Notes under the pieces: model-generated
Database searches by the model: none
Told to the model about the DNA's origin: nothing
What the model saw: the letters and a program-made list of their open reading frames with translations, nothing else
Program-made: the position numbers and the translations under genes
Shown here: one piece after another, positions 1 to 15,148 of the stretch
Layout: every line of letters begins with the position of its first letter
Numbering within the stretch: the stretch's first letter is position 1
Assembly (NCBI GenBank): GCA_965178125.1
Contig: OZ237759.1
Location: forward strand, 620,001 to 684,000
Reading direction: 5' to 3'
Origin: Bilabrum cf. latius
Lineage: Eukaryota
DNA: 64,000 nucleotides

Positions 1-1
1 C

Positions 2-730
2 GTGGTTCTCCTCTGTCACGGGATCGAGGGCGACGGTCTGCCCGCGGTCGCTTCAGAGTTCATCCGTGGAGACGCTGCGTACGTGATCGCCAAGTGTCTA
101 TGCGGGCTAAAATCTATCGAGAAAGCGGGAAAGAAGCTACTGCTAGCAGCACAGTGCTATGGAGGACTGGCATTTCGCAGCGAGATGACCAAGCATCTGC
201 CCAAGGACTGGCTCGTGCATGCGGGCAGCGGGGGCAAAACTGAAGCGGATCCCGACCCTGATGGCAAGTGGCACCAGTTGTTCGCCGAGGAGTGCGTCGA
301 CGATCTCGATGACCTCGATGCCGGGGACAAGTGGCAGCACGGTGAGGACGACGCGGGTGCAGCCGCTGCACCAGTGGCAGCAGCAGCCGCAGGCGGCTCT
401 GGTGGAGGCGGAGGCGACGGCGGTGGTGGAGGCGACGGTGATGGTGACGGTGATGGCGATGGCGACGGTGACGGTGATGGCGATGGTGATGGCGACGGCG
501 ACGGCGGAGGCGGAGGCGACGGCGACGGAAAAGGTGCTCCTGATGTACCAGTGGTAGAAATCAGTCGCGCAATGCCGATCGGCCCGCAGGTCGCAGGACA
601 CGTGCTTCCTGAGCAGGAACAACACGTGGGCGGTTTGATACAGACGGCTATCGAAAATAACATGGCGCCAGAGATATCCTACCCTGCTGCTGGTGCAGCT
701 ACACAAGTCATCTTCAGGCTTGTGCCATGA
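2..730 (+). CDS. Hypothetical protein, 5'-truncated by the window edge, with a Gly/Asp repeat
   Basis: Open frame from the window edge to TGA at 728-730; (GD)n low-complexity tract ~400-530; no recognisable family. Confidence 0.55.
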   Translation: MVLLCHGIEGDGLPAVASEFIRGDAAYVIAKCLCGLKSIEKAGKKLLLAAQCYGGLAFRSEMTKHLPKDWLVHAGSGGKTEADPDPDGKWHQLFAEECVDDLDDLDAGDKWQHGEDDAGAAAAPVAAAAAGGSGGGGGDGGGGGDGDGDGDGDGDGDGDGDGDGDGDGGGGGDGDGKGAPDVPVVEISRAMPIGPQVAGHVLPEQEQHVGGLIQTAIENNMAPEISYPAAGAATQVIFRLVP

Positions 731-1039
731 AAGGCGACCAACCGCACTCTGCTGGGGCGGTGTCTACCTGCCTGGTCGCTCGTTGGCCTGATTGGCTTCG
801 CTTTGGCTGTTGACAGCCTACGCACGCTCATGCGTGCAAAATGATCGTACTACACTGCAAAACATATTTTGTGCTGCACGGGATTCTATTCTGTCATGGC
901 AAGCACACACGGTCCTCGCATATACCCACCACACCAAAGGCTTCCCGCAACCACCCCCAGCAACAGCGCCAGCACCACTAGAGGCAATGAGCGCACGGAA
1001 GCACCGCAGCCAAGAGCAGCCAGTTTGCAATATCCATGC

Positions 1040-2005
1040 TCACTCCTCCTTCTTGAGCTGAGCGCGGCCACGGATCCGACCAGTGCGGCGGGCACCGATG
1101 AGACCGGCCTTCTGTCCGGCGGGGGCGTCCTTCTTGGCCGTGGTGGCGTGACCAACGTGCTGATGGTTACCACCACCGAAGGGATGCTCCACGGGGTTCA
1201 TGGCCACACCACGTACCTTGGGCCACTCGTTGCGCTTCACGCGGTACTTGTGGTACGCGCGCCCTGCCTTGAGCATGGGCTTGTCCATGCGGCCGCCGCC
1301 GCCGACGATGCCGACCATGGCGCGGCACGTGGACAGGAGGGTCTTCTTGAGGCCCGAGGGGAGACGGATCTTGGTCTTGCCGGTCTCCTCGTTGTGCTGC
1401 ACAACGGTGGCGTAGTCGCCGGAGCAGCGAGCGAGCTTTCCGCGGTCACCGGTCCTGGACTCGATGTTGCAGATGATGGTACCCTCGGGCATGGAAGCCA
1501 GGGGAAGCACGTTTCCTACCGAAAGAGTGGCTGCGGTTACAAAGTAGCAACAAATTGAAGTATATGGTGGTTGGTGAGCAACAAAGTCAGCGATGGTGAG
1601 GAGACGTGGCAGCGGAAGGTGCAGCACTGCAGGCAGCCGTTGCTCTAGAGTTTCCAGCAGCAAGCGCTCCACTGGGAACGCTACCGCAGTAGAATTGTAG
1701 ACAGTAATCTACGATATGTTCTCACCCTTCTTGCCGAAGTAGACATACTGGCCGGCGTACATACCCTCAGCGGCAACCATCAACTCCTTGTCCTTCTTGG
1801 CGTGGTAAGGGCTACGGAAGACGATGCGCGCCATGGGTGCGCCGCGCCCAGGGTCGTGGATGATGTCCTTGACAACACCTCGCACGTACCCGGATCCCTC
1901 GGAATAGTCGAGCTTCCTGAGCTTGGAGGCACCCTTATGCAAGCGCACATGGGCCCTGAACACGGACCCTCGGCCCTTACGCTGGGTTCTGATCTGCTTT
2001 CCCAT
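1040..2005 (-). CDS. RPL8: 60S ribosomal protein L8 (uL2); 2 exons (2005-1726, 1530-1040)
   Basis: [11 protein letters not shown]...[10 protein letters not shown] and [23 protein letters not shown] are uL2 hallmarks; GTGAG...CAG intron 1725-1531 restores [17 protein letters not shown] stop; no in-frame TAG. Confidence 0.97.
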
Positions 2006-2636
2006 TCTACCTGCATGATTGGATAATATATATTATTAGCATGACGAAAGGTGACATAGTTAAGCTTGGCCCATCCAGTAAACACGCAGAAACTGGAGAC
2101 AGCGCAAGAATCTGCCAGCTATTTGCAGATGCTCTTCATGACATCAGTATCATATGCGGCCGATCAACAGCAACAAGAATCATATTGCAAATTACAGGGA
2201 CATGCTTGCTATAGAACGATTCGACTCACCCCTACAGGCGTATCCTATGCCTCAGAGCTGTTCGTGGTCCCATGGTGATCGGATCAGCGAAGCAAAGAAG
2301 TCGGATATTTTTCGTGAAACGTCACGTCACAGTCCCTCAAGCTGGCTCTCACGTCACGTGAATATTTTGATGCCCATATATCGAATGAACTAGATTCTCG
2401 CTTTGATTTGTTTATTTCAATAGTTTTTCTTGTGCCAAGGAGAAATAGGATGGAATCCAGCCACGCTATCAGATGTAAGCGTGCAATGCTGCTTCATTAC
2501 TGCACTGTTTTGCGTTTACTGAAGAAAGCATGGGCCCTTTGACAGTATCATTTCACTGCTGCAGGTTTCTATTGTTTCCGATACATAGGTCAGTGCCCTA
2601 GAGGGGCATAGCGCTTATTATAACGTATACCAAGGC

Positions 2637-5600
2637 ATGGCTGGGGCGCTCGTCGGCGTTGTAGACGACGTCAAAATGAATCAGAATCTATCATCTTTGA
2701 TCGGGTCGATGAGCAGCGCATTAGTTCGAGAATGGCTATCGATGGGAAGGGGCAGTGACGCAGTCGGAAGTAGCATTGGAAGTCTAGAAGTTGTCAAGCA
2801 GCAGGTCGGCAGGCTATCGCAGCCGGTGTCCAGGACTCGCGCCTTTATGCGGGCCTGTAGGCAAGTCAGCAGTCCTATAGAACCGTAGGTACATTCCAGG
2901 GCGGTGCCTCCTCCGCCCTTGCAAGGCAATGCAGCGGCTGCTAGCGGGATGACTCCGCCTCCTGGTGCCGAGCAGTATCGAACTATGCTTCGCAATGCTC
3001 TGCACCCAGTGGATCAGAAGGGCAGCAATTCCGCTGATGCCCCTATCGATACAGTAGGAGGTGGAAATGAGCAGTGCGAGCGCGTCATCAGAGCAGATGT
3101 CCTCTCCCCGCAGATGCTCGCGGATCTCCTCCGGCTGCAGAGCATCGCCGGCCGTTCGTCCGACCCATCCGAGGTTGCAACCGATATTGGGCTGACAGGG
3201 GCCGAGCTCGCTGCTAGGTAGCTGCTCTTGGCTTGGGGAACACACATAGCCCCGGGGGGTACAGTGCTCGCACAGCGAATGCGAGCACTGGGCCGAGCAA
3301 CTGCTCCATTGGGCGAGCAGGACCAGGGAAGTAGCCTGTGCCTGGACTGTTGCAGGGAACAAGGGGCCCCATATACTCAGTAGGACCAGCTGCCTGATGC
3401 ATACCTTCTCGACGCCGAGAGGTTCCGCTCAATGCGCGGCGCCGGGCACCCTGTCTCGGCTGTCCTGCAGCACGCCAGCCCCGCCCCGCCCCGCCAGGGC
3501 CACCCAATGCCCTCTCTGTTCCCTGGGGCAGAACCGTCGGTTGCAACCGCTTTGGGGTACACGCAAAAGTGTGACGAGTGGTCCATGGTGGTGCTGCCGT
3601 AGGACTCGGAGCCGATCCACGAGCTCGTGGGCCGGCTGGTGGTGCCGTGCACCGCCGTCGAGCGAGCCTGCCACGCGGGTGTGACGAGTGCCCCGAGCAA
3701 CGCCAGCGCCAGCGGTCGAGCGACGGCCATCGCCAGTGCCCTCGGTGAGGTGGCCAAACTGGGAGAGCTTTTGGCCGGCAGGATCGGCGAGCACGCGTAG
3801 AAGCTATCCAGCGGCACAAGGGGCGATGCCGCTGGCCTGCCTAGGTTCCGCAGCCTATCGCGCGGCGCCGCAGGTTGGTTGGAGGACCCCGCCACGCAAC
3901 CGCTGGCTGGTGATACCGTGCACGATGGAGCGAGCACCACCGGTGTGACGAGTGATGGCACTCCAGGGTTCGATCCCGCGACTGCGCCCTTGGACCCGTC
4001 CGGCACCTCCAACTCCCCTGCGGGATTCGATCCCGCGACCCACGCCTTGTCAGCCGGAGCGATTGCCAGAAGCCCCGATGGCAGCGATGGTGCCGGCACA
4101 TCAGCTGGCAGGAGTAGGAGCCCTTCTGACCTGAGATTGGGCCCCGTGAACAGCGACGGGACCTCCACCATGGCACCTCCGGACGACGTGGCGTATTACG
4201 CCGCACAGGGCCTAGGCGCCGCGCTTTTGCAGCGTAGCTCAGGTTCCGCAAAGTAGCACTCGTCATACGGAAGCAGAAGCAATGCCCGGAAGAACCGGCA
4301 CAGGCACTCGTCACACAGCAGCGCACACGCGGCGGGTCGTCACGTCCGGAGTCACACCCACGGAGCCAGACACGCACTCAGTCACGCGCGTGGCCACTCG
4401 TCACTCGACCACCGGCAAGCCGACGAGCCAGCACCGCTGGAGGCAGGGAGTCAACAATTCGGCGGCGCGACCGCTGCCGGCTCACAAGAAGCGGATGTTG
4501 CTTCTGCTGCGACCGACGATGCTGGGATCGAATCGGCAAGCAGTGGCACTGCAGGTGATGCAAAGGAACCGACCACCGCCGGCGCGCAGGAAAGCACGCA
4601 GCAGCCCGAGGATGGACCCACCCCTGATCCGATCACCGATCCTGATCCGATCACTGATCCTGATCCGATCACCGACCCTGATCCGATCACCGACCATGAT
4701 CCGATCACCGACCATGATCCGATCACCGACCATGATCCGATCCTGGCCAGGATGCAGGAGGCCATGCGGAAGAGGCAGGAGGACCCCCTCATGCGGCAGG
4801 CACTCCAGGAGAGGGAGGAGCAAAAAAAGGCAGCCATGGGGCAGGCCGCGGCAGACGTGGCCAAAGCCGTGCAGCTGGTCAAACAGGCGATCCAAAGTGC
4901 AACGGATACCGTCCGGCATGACGGAGCCGCTGCACTCGCTCGCATCTCAAGGGTGGCCAAAGAGGCAGGTAGTGCGGCGGAAGGGGCCGCGCAGTGGTCC
5001 AGGCATTACGCGATTGAGGCATCGATCGGAGCCAGGGAACAACGCGAGAAGGCCGGGGAGCTCGGCGATGCTTGGGCGGTAGACGGCGCCCGCAGCGGCG
5101 CAGGAGCCCAGCAGCCGCACTCGTCACAGCTGCTGGTGTGCCCGCTGGAGCGGCTGGCGGAATGCACAGCTGGAGGTTGTGCAGCTGCCCAAGGCCCTCA
5201 TACAGTCAGCCCTGACGCGGCCGCGGAGGCCGTGGCGGCTGATGCTGCGGGTCGGGCCTGCCAGTGGGCGACAGCAGCGCTTGACCATGCGTGTGACGAG
5301 TGCGATGAGACAGCTCGAACGTTCGCCGATGGGTTTGCTCGTGCGGCCCAGGGGGTGGTTGAGACGCTCTCGCTCGCTCAGAAGCAGGTGCGCGGGGCCG
5401 TGCTCGGTTCCAGGGAACAAGACGGGTTGATGGCGAAGACGACCACACTGGACAGCGTGCTTCGGTTTCGTAGCGAACCATCCTCGGGCGCCGTGACGAG
5501 TGCGATGGACGGATCGGAGCAAGACTCGGAGATCGCCGGTATGGCACGGTGGATGTGCGGCGCGGAATGCGGTGCACCCAGCGATTTGCCCGCCACCAGC

Positions 5601-6393
5601 ACACCACATGGAGAGCAACATAGGTTCGCGAACGTTCCTCAGACCCCCCCTGCCTCGCTCCAAGGCCTCGTTGAGGATCTTCTGCTTGCCGCGGATCTCG
5701 GTGCGGGGACGGTGCTGCAGGCCTGCGAGCAATTGCGGGAGGGGAGGCAGGAGATGCGGTGCCCAGCAAGGACTGATGGTGTGACGAGTGGTACGGATGA
5801 CAAGCAGGATCGGGCACAGCAGCAAGAAGGGGCTGTTGCGCCTGCGCATGTGGCACGACAGGAGAGCGGCGGGTCGCGGCTCCGATCGGATGATGAGGCA
5901 TCGCTTCGGGCGATCGTCACCACGTGGGAGGATCGGCTCCGAGCCGTGCTTCGGGGACGGTTCGGCGACGAACGTTCGCTGAGCGTGGGAGTGGCCGCGG
6001 CCGTGGGAGGCGGCAGCTCAGGCATCGATGGGGAGGGCGGGACCGCGGATCCGATGGCAGCTGCGTCTGCCGGGGCCGAGGGCCCGCAGGCAATGCAGTT
6101 CCGCAGCCTGCGCGGCGCCGCTACCACCGTCTCATCCGCCAGCAGGGAACAAAGGTCGGCACCGCCTTTGGCCACCCCGAGGCACTCGTGGCAGGACCCC
6201 TCCCTTGCCCCGGCCCTGGAGGCGCTGGGGCTCGGCGGCGGCACCTCCGGAATCGAGGACCTGACTGCGCACTCGCCACACATGGGAATCACGGGTGCTG
6301 GAGATCGGATCAACTTGGAGGGGGGCGTGCTACCGTCCTGGGGAAGATCGGGAGGAGGAATGCAGCTGCTGCAGCAAGGGTCGGCAGATGTGG

Positions 6394-6443
<50 letters not shown>

Positions 6444-7397
6444 TAGACCGAGGACTAGACCGAGGATGATACGGTGAAGATCTAGCAGGACAAGGGTGAG
6501 AATGGTGCCAATATTGGAATGGAAGCCAGGCAGGTGCAAGATCAAGAGCAGGAGCAGGAGCAGGATCAGGAGGAAGAGGAAGAGGAAGAGGAGTTCAGTT
6601 CGGAGACGGCACCAGCCGATGACGACCCCAGCACATCTGTGAGCTCTGGCTCCACTACAGAAAGTCCCCTCATTGAGAAAGATGCGAGGCCGGTACATGG
6701 GGCCATGGCCGAGCCCAGCGATGAACGCTCTTCGTATGACGAGTGCAGCGGGGATGCGCTGATGACTGCGGCCCCTTCCGTGGAGGTGGCGGCGTGCCTG
6801 GGGAGGGCGCACCGGGGGGTGCTCGGGGGTGGTGACCCCACCCTGGGGGGCGCCAGGGGTCTCCTCAGGGGTCAGGCGGAGGCGTTGCACCGGGAGGGGG
6901 AGGCCCTGTGGAGGGCGCACGGGGCACTCAGGGAACAACTGGCGCGAGCACACGGTACCAGTCCAAGCGCAGGTACGCGTGGTATTGCGAATGATGACGC
7001 AGCCGTCTCCAAGAAGAAGAGTCCAAAGGCTGCACGTAGTAGCCTCAGATCGAGCAGCGTGCTGCTGCGTCCTTAGGGGAAGGGGTCCGGCAGTGCTGCG
7101 GAACATCTTGCCACCGCCCTGCGCGGAGCCGACGACGTGCTTGCGCAGAAGCAGGAGCTTGACACTGCTACCGAGGATCAGCTGCAGAGCCGGCCCGCGG
7201 GTGAGTGCGAGCAGCTGCGCTCGGCTGCGTTGATGTGCGAGCAGCTGTGGACAAGGGCGTGGGGTGTGTCGCACGAGTGCTCCGCTGGCGACTCGGAATC
7301 GAGCAGCTGCTCGCCCTTGTCTCCTGCTCGTTCGGCTGTGCAGCACGCGCAATGCGAAGCCAGGCAGCGCCTTGCCGAGCTGCTGGGCGAGGATTGA
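2637..7397 (+). CDS. Large low-complexity/coiled-coil hypothetical protein (~1590 aa with TAG read as sense); 5' end uncertain
   Basis: ORFs 2637, 2904, 3879, 4752, 6519 and 7137 share one frame, broken only by TAG (2886, 3219, 3381, 3600, 3798, 4254, 6444, 6456, 6483, 7074); ends TGA 7395-7397. Possible upstream exon ending 2474 (GTAAG donor 2475, CAG acceptor 2564). Confidence 0.75.
4623..4742 (+). repeat. 18-bp coding tandem repeat (PDPITD/HDPITD, ~7 copies)
   Basis: Unit (cct/cat)gatccgatcaccga(t/c) visible directly. Confidence 0.9.
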
Positions 7398-7716
7398 GAG
7401 AAAAGTCTCCGGAAGAGTCGCATGTTTTCTGGTGCCGCATCGCAAGTGGACCATTCAACGCTGAAAGCGTACATTAAGAGTCGCAAACAGTAGCGTAGCT
7501 GCCCAAGCGGATGCTGTGCGGGCCGAAAATTCTGTGGAACTTCTCTCCGCCCCCCACCTCCCCTTGCGGCCACGTTAACCCCTCTTCCAGCGCCTGCTGT
7601 ACGCCGAAGCTCTTGCTGAAGTTAATCTGGGGGTGATTTTCCATGGGATGCGAGCAAAGCCGGAACCACGTTCTTCGCAATTGTAGCTTCATTGCCAAAT
7701 GACTTGACGTTCTGAA

Positions 7717-8370
7717 ATGACCATAGCGCAATATATGGTATACTTGTTTTTCATTACTTGGGCTTGTGGTCGTGGCGCGCCCACGGAGGGTGCTCAGAAA
7801 CTTGTTGATGACCTCCGAAGAAGCATGTCCGGTCGCCCCGGTTGGCGAAGAGAGGCCAAAGACTTGATATTGCGAGAGCTGCATGAACGGCAGTCAGTAT
7901 TATACGATAAGCCTGGTGCAGGCAAGATTCCGGATGCGTTTCGCACAAGTGGAGCCTTGGCACCTATGCAATGCAGACGAAACTGCAACTGCGAAATAGA
8001 GCGAGATGAAGTAGAAGTAGTACAACCAGCTGGTACTAGCGACTCAATTCGATAGCGAACGTAGGGACAGTTTGATGAGGTTGCTGCAGAGCGGGTGTTT
8101 CGGTGCGGGTGTGACTTCACGATGATGTACGCGGATGAGGTTGAAGTATAGCAGGACGATAAGGTCAAGACTGCCCCCAGCGACAACAAAGAAACCAAAA
8201 GAATACGAAAAGGTTCCTCTACAGAGTGCGAGTGCGGCAAGATGGAGTGCCGCTGGGACTGGAGCTCGCCGACAGAGCATGAGCAGCCAGCCGGCTCTCG
8301 AAACGAGGACGACGAGGAGCACTTTGTGGAAATTTACCCCGGGGGTGCCACTCTGGAAACAAATGCATGA
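7717..8370 (+). CDS. Small secreted Cys-containing hypothetical protein (217 aa with TAG as sense)
   Basis: Hydrophobic N-terminus MTIAQYMVYLFFITWACG; frame continues through TAG at 8053, 8062 and 8149 to TGA 8368-8370; CxC motifs (CNC, CGC, CEC). Confidence 0.6.
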
Positions 8371-8521
8371 CAACGATATCATTGATTGTTGGCTGAGCTG
8401 CATATCTGCACGATTGGCAGGCAAAGCACTTCTCTCAAGTCGAATCGCTGTGCCAGCTGTGGCTGTACCAGACAGGCGGCTGCAAGCTTCACGAACTAGA
8501 TGGTTCACCCCATCCACCGGC

Positions 8522-10768
8522 TCAATCGCTCGATTTCTTCCCCGCCTCCTCCTTGGCCATCTCTCTGGCCTCTGACGACACCGCAACATCCTGCAGCCTC
8601 TTGCGCATCTCGGCCTGCATGGTCTTCACCGCCTCCTCCACGCTCTTCTTGTTCCTCAGGGCAGCCCCCAGCGCGCTCGTGCCCATGAGCACGACCTCTA
8701 CTTCGGGCACCACGCCCTTCCACTTCGCGTCTTCGTCGCCTGCAGGCAACGGCGGGGTGGAATCGCCACCAGCACCGCTCGACGCGGCGCCGCCATCTGC
8801 GGAACCGGCCCGGGCCCGCTTCAGGTAGGCCTTTACCTCCTGCAGGGCGGCCACGGCTTTGCCCACCCCTTCCACCCTTGCGGCACTCGTGCTGCCGTCG
8901 CTGCTGCTGCTGGAACCCATAAGTCCACCCAGCCAACCTCCCGACGAGGAAGCCTCGTCCTCGCCGGCAGGCACGGCCAGGAGAACCGCCCTCGCCACTT
9001 CCTTGGGCAGGCCAAGGTCCACCAAGACCGCCTCATCCGCGGGGGAGGGCCCCAGCGGCTCGTTCCACATCTGCTGCATGGCGCTCGACAGCACGCCCAG
9101 CTCTTCCACCAGGCAGGTCCGGAGGGTCCTCAGCTGCACGACTCGATCCGTGGCCTCATCGGACGCCTTCAGCAAGGCGCCAGTGTCAGCGGCGGGAGCG
9201 GAAGATCCGGAGCCGGAAGCAGCTCCTGCGGCAGTGGCAGAGGCAGGATCCTCGGGATCCTCGCTGCTGGTGGCGGCGCGCAGAGCCTCGGACGCCTTCT
9301 CGGCGAGCTCCTTGGCCCGGTTCATCTGCACCGTGGCCGCACTCATCACACGCTGGGTCTCCGTGTACCTCATGCTCAGGCGCGCGTTGGCCTCGTCCGC
9401 CTCTGCCACCGCCACGGCGATCACGTTGTTGCTGACACTCGCGGTGTGCCCCGCCTCCCCCGCCGAGGCGCCACCGTCGCCGTCCCCGTCAGCACCCCCT
9501 GCCCCTGCGCCCGACCCCGAGCTCGACGGTTCCGCAGCACCGCTCTCCGGTGCCGCGCTCGAAGCAGCGATCGGAGCTGATGCCTCACCGCTCGCAGCCC
9601 CTGCAGCTTCGGCAGCACCACCGGGTGTCGTGGATGCACCGCCGGACGCTTCGCCCGCGGCCATCCTCTGCTTCTTCTTCCTGGCCCTTTCCTCGAGACG
9701 TTTCCGGGATTCTTCCGAGAACATGGACGCGGTCAGCCTCTTTTCCTCCTGCAGAATCCTCTGCTTGCCCTGCTCGAACCGCTCCTGCACCGTCATGGCG
9801 GCTTGCTTCTGCTGCAGCTCGAGGAATTGCTGGGCCTCCCGCAGCTGCTTCTTCCGGTCTTCCTCCTCGAGCGCGGCCCGCTGCTCCTCCTGCTCTTGCC
9901 TTTCCAGTTGCGCGGCGATGATCTTGTTCTGCGTTTCGGCCGCGAGGGACTCGAACTTCTCCTCCCGCTTCCTCAGGCGATCGGCCAGACGCTCCTGCAC
10001 CTCTTTGGAGGTCATCGTAGGCTTGGGGCAGGGAATCATGTCGCTCCACATCCAGGGGAGCAGCTCCGGGTCGATGCTCATGTCGTCTTCATCGATGGAA
10101 CGGATCTTTGGCTGCGGGGCCGATTTCTTGGCTGCCCCAGCTCCCGCGCCCTTGGCTTTACCCTTGGCTATTGCGGCCTCCGCCAGCTCCGCAGTTTCCT
10201 TTTCCTTCTCTGCGAGGACCGTGGGGTCCTCCCGCAGCTCCCACGGCGGCAATGGCGCGGCGCCGATCCGTACCGAATACGTCGTCTCGGGCTCGAGCCC
10301 CTGGAGGAAGCACTGCCGCGTGCGGCGCATGTCGCACGCTCGAGGGGCGCTAAACAGGCCGCCCCAGATCCAGGAACTGTAGTCGGTCTTGCGGTACTCG
10401 ACGCGATAGACGATTGTCTTGCCCTTGTATGGATCTTGGTCAATCTCCGCCTATAGCTTTGCGACCTTGGCTTTCTTGAACTTTGCCCTCTTGGACAGAG
10501 AGCGGTGGTAGAAAGCCTGGCCCGGCAAGCGCCAGCGCAACTTGATCTCCGTGTCGGAGCGAACATCAAAGTCGACTGAATCGGGTTTGATCTGCAAGTC
10601 CTTGTCTGCATCTAGCAGCTTTTTCATGCCCGCCACATATGCCTCGCGCTCTTCACGCCTGCGGCGGCGAAGGTCCCGCTCCTCGACATGAGACAGCTTG
10701 CGAGTTCCTGGCGCTGCTGCATCGCGCTTTTTAAGTTGTGCAGCGAGCTCAGAACTCGGTGCGGCCAT
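8522..10768 (-). CDS. Fibronectin type III domain plus coiled-coil protein (748 aa)
   Basis: ORFs 10768-10451 and 10330-8522 are in frame and joined through TAG 10451; FN3 signature spans the TAG (SDTEIKLRW...IVYRVEYR...LQGLEPETTYSVRIGA); E/Q/K/R-rich coiled coil follows; TGA stop. Confidence 0.8.
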
Positions 10769-11246
10769 GGCTTAAGCGATAGTGTCTGCGTGATTGTGCG
10801 AGAATCCAACGTGGTAGGATCGCTGTGGCTGCCATAAACTCAAAGTGGCAGGACTCCAACCAAATCATCCCGACAGGCACGTCCATACATAAAGAATCAT
10901 GCGATTGGAATGAGAAGGCTAGTTTACTTTCAATCAGGGCACGATAATTCACGGAATCCTAGAAACTTCTTGACTACACCGGTAGCATAGCACGCATACA
11001 CGCGAGGCCCTGATCAATGCGCCAGGAAAAGCTGCATTTCACTTACTCAGATACGCGTGCAATATAAATGGCTGCCTTTTGTGGCAACTACAACGAACGA
11101 AAGGCAGGCTTGTGTGCCTGGCTATTCCTGGCCAAGTCTATCGGCGCCGCGCATCTGGTTCCGTTCCACGAACGTGGGCCACGTTACATGGCCAGCCCAA
11201 GCAAATCTGTTCATGGGTTTCAAGTTAAACGTACCAGAGACGGGCA

Positions 11247-12975
<1,729 letters not shown>

Positions 12976-13253
12976 GGTGGACTTTTGCTCAGCGACGGAT
13001 CCTAATGACGTCGCCCAGGCAAGTGCAACTCCGCGGAACCGGAAACGACGATATTGCGCGGCGCCGCCCGATCAGCCCGATGAAGCGCAACGAACGTGTT
13101 CAAGAATTCTACCAATCCATTCCCCCTTCTGTAGCTCTCGAGTGACCACAAAGCGACATGCCAGGTAAATCTACAACTATGGAACATAGGGAAAGTGCGG
13201 AATCTAGAAGATAGGCTTAGAATCGAGACAAGAGAGCCAGGCGTAAAGCTGGC

Positions 13254-15043
13254 ATGATGGACGAACTTACCGGCTTCTTCAGGAAAACCTTAACGGGAGA
13301 TGACCATGCATCGGTCCGCGATTTCGTTCGCAAAGCATTTCGCAAGCGCCTAGTGGGCGACGAGGGCCGCTCGATTCGTGGCACAATGTGGAACACGTTC
13401 CAAAGGTGAGCTTCTTGGCTGCAGATTGCACTACCAGTTGACAAATAAGCGTGCAGATCAAAGCTTCCGATGCATTAATATGCATTGACCGATCTCTTCG
13501 TCTTACACGTGTGTGAAATCTTGATGTTGGATCTATCAAGTCTGCCAATAGTCTGGCAAGTCCATAGTTCTACCAAGCTCCAATGTATCGCAGGGAAGAC
13601 GTAGTTCTCTTGCGTGACAAAATATCCTTCTTCCTCGGGGTGGTCAACTTGCTGGTTGCAGAGCTGGTGCTCGTTCAGTTTCCCGACTACTTCCCGTGGC
13701 TATTCTCGTTCTGGTTTCCGACGCTCATGGCTCTGCGCCTGTACTACTACTCCGAGGCCCACTACGAATTCTTCCTGATCGATTACTGCTACTTTGTGAA
13801 CTTTATTGGCCTGGTGCACGTCTGGATCGTGCCCGAATCGCCCTTCGTGTTCGGAATGTTCTATGCTGCCGCAACCGGTCCCGTGTGCGTGGCCATCCTG
13901 GCGTGGAGAAACGCCCTAGTGTTTCATTCGCTGGACAAGCTGACCACCCTCTTCATCCACTCCTTCCCAGCCATGCTCGCCTTCTCCCAGCGGTGGCTCG
14001 CCAACACGACCCACTCGAGGATTTGCAGGGATGGAGAGGCCGAGTACAGGCCGGGAGACGGCATGCTTTGGGGGACCGTGTACTTGTTCCCTGGGGAACA
14101 GCATGTGCTCGGCGGCGAGGCGGGCGAGATGGAGACGTGCGCGCCCCCGCACTCCGCCATGGCCCTGATGATTTCCGGTCTGGCCTATTACGCCTTTTGG
14201 CAGGTGGTCTACCTCTTCATCACCGAGGTCGTCTTCTCCACGTACCTCAACCAGCACCCTGAAGAGCTCACCTCGATGCGGTACTTCATCGAGAGGGGCC
14301 AGAAGACGGCGCTGTACCGCCTCGTGACGAGTGCGATGGCCTCCATGGGGTGCATGAAGCGCGGGGAACAACTCAAGCTGGGCGAGGCCAGGACACTCGT
14401 CACATTCGTTCTGTCGCAGCTGCTGTACACGATCATCACCATGCTGCCCCCGCTCCTTTTCCAGGGCAACATATGGCTCTCGAGCCTCTGGCTGCTGGCC
14501 ATCGGCCTCAACGCCGTCTGGAACGGGTCCACCTACTACATCCAGATCTTCAGCAGGCGATACGCCGAAAATTTCAGCGAGATGTTTGTCAAGCAGGGCA
14601 AGGGCAGGAGGGATCGGATCGTGGAGGAGGCGGCGGCGCAAGGGTCCAAAACCGAAGGTATAGACAAGGGCAAGGGCAAGGGCAAGGAGAAGCCGAAGAG
14701 GGAGGCCGACGCTGAGGGTTCCTCGGTGGACGGCTCCAGTGTGACGAGTGCGGGAGACCGGGACGGTGCCTCGACGATCTCACACTCGTCATCCTCCGCA
14801 GCGGGCGCCAGGGAACAACGGGATGGCGGGGGAGACGACTCCTTGTCCGGGGCACGAAGCGAGGTATCATCCGTGGGCAGCGGCTCGGCAGGCGCGAATG
14901 AGGAGGACGCCGCCGATCGCGCGTACAGGCGCGCATTCGTCATGGGGATGGCGGCTGCAGCTGTGATGCAGGAGAACTAGGGGGATGGGGGCGACGGGAC
15001 ACCGAGCCTCAGCGGGGCCTACAGTCCAGACGGAGCGAACTGA
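13254..15043 (+). CDS. GPC1: Glycerophosphocholine acyltransferase (Gpc1/DUF2838 family); exons 13254-13405 and 13594-15043
   Basis: DKISF, DYCYFVN, GP...WRNALVFHSLDKLTTLFIH and WNGSTYYIQIFSRRY match the Gpc1 family; phase-2 intron 13406-13593; reading through TAG 14978 gives TGA at 15041-15043. Confidence 0.85.
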
Positions 15044-15148
15044 TCTAGATCTAGATTAGTGTAGGGGTTGTGTGCCCGCGTTACTGACCAGGCCAAAGGC
15101 CAAATACGGCGATTTACATGCGAGTTGATACAAAAATGAGCCCACAAC

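Noticed and set aside
8859-10382. 507-aa plus-strand ORF and similar antisense ORFs across the window
   Set aside because: Antisense shadows of GC-rich genes with no independent motifs.
13583-13593. ATG 13583 as the GPC1 start
   Set aside because: It more likely lies in the intron end (cgcag acceptor at 13593), which joins in phase to the upstream exon starting at 13254.
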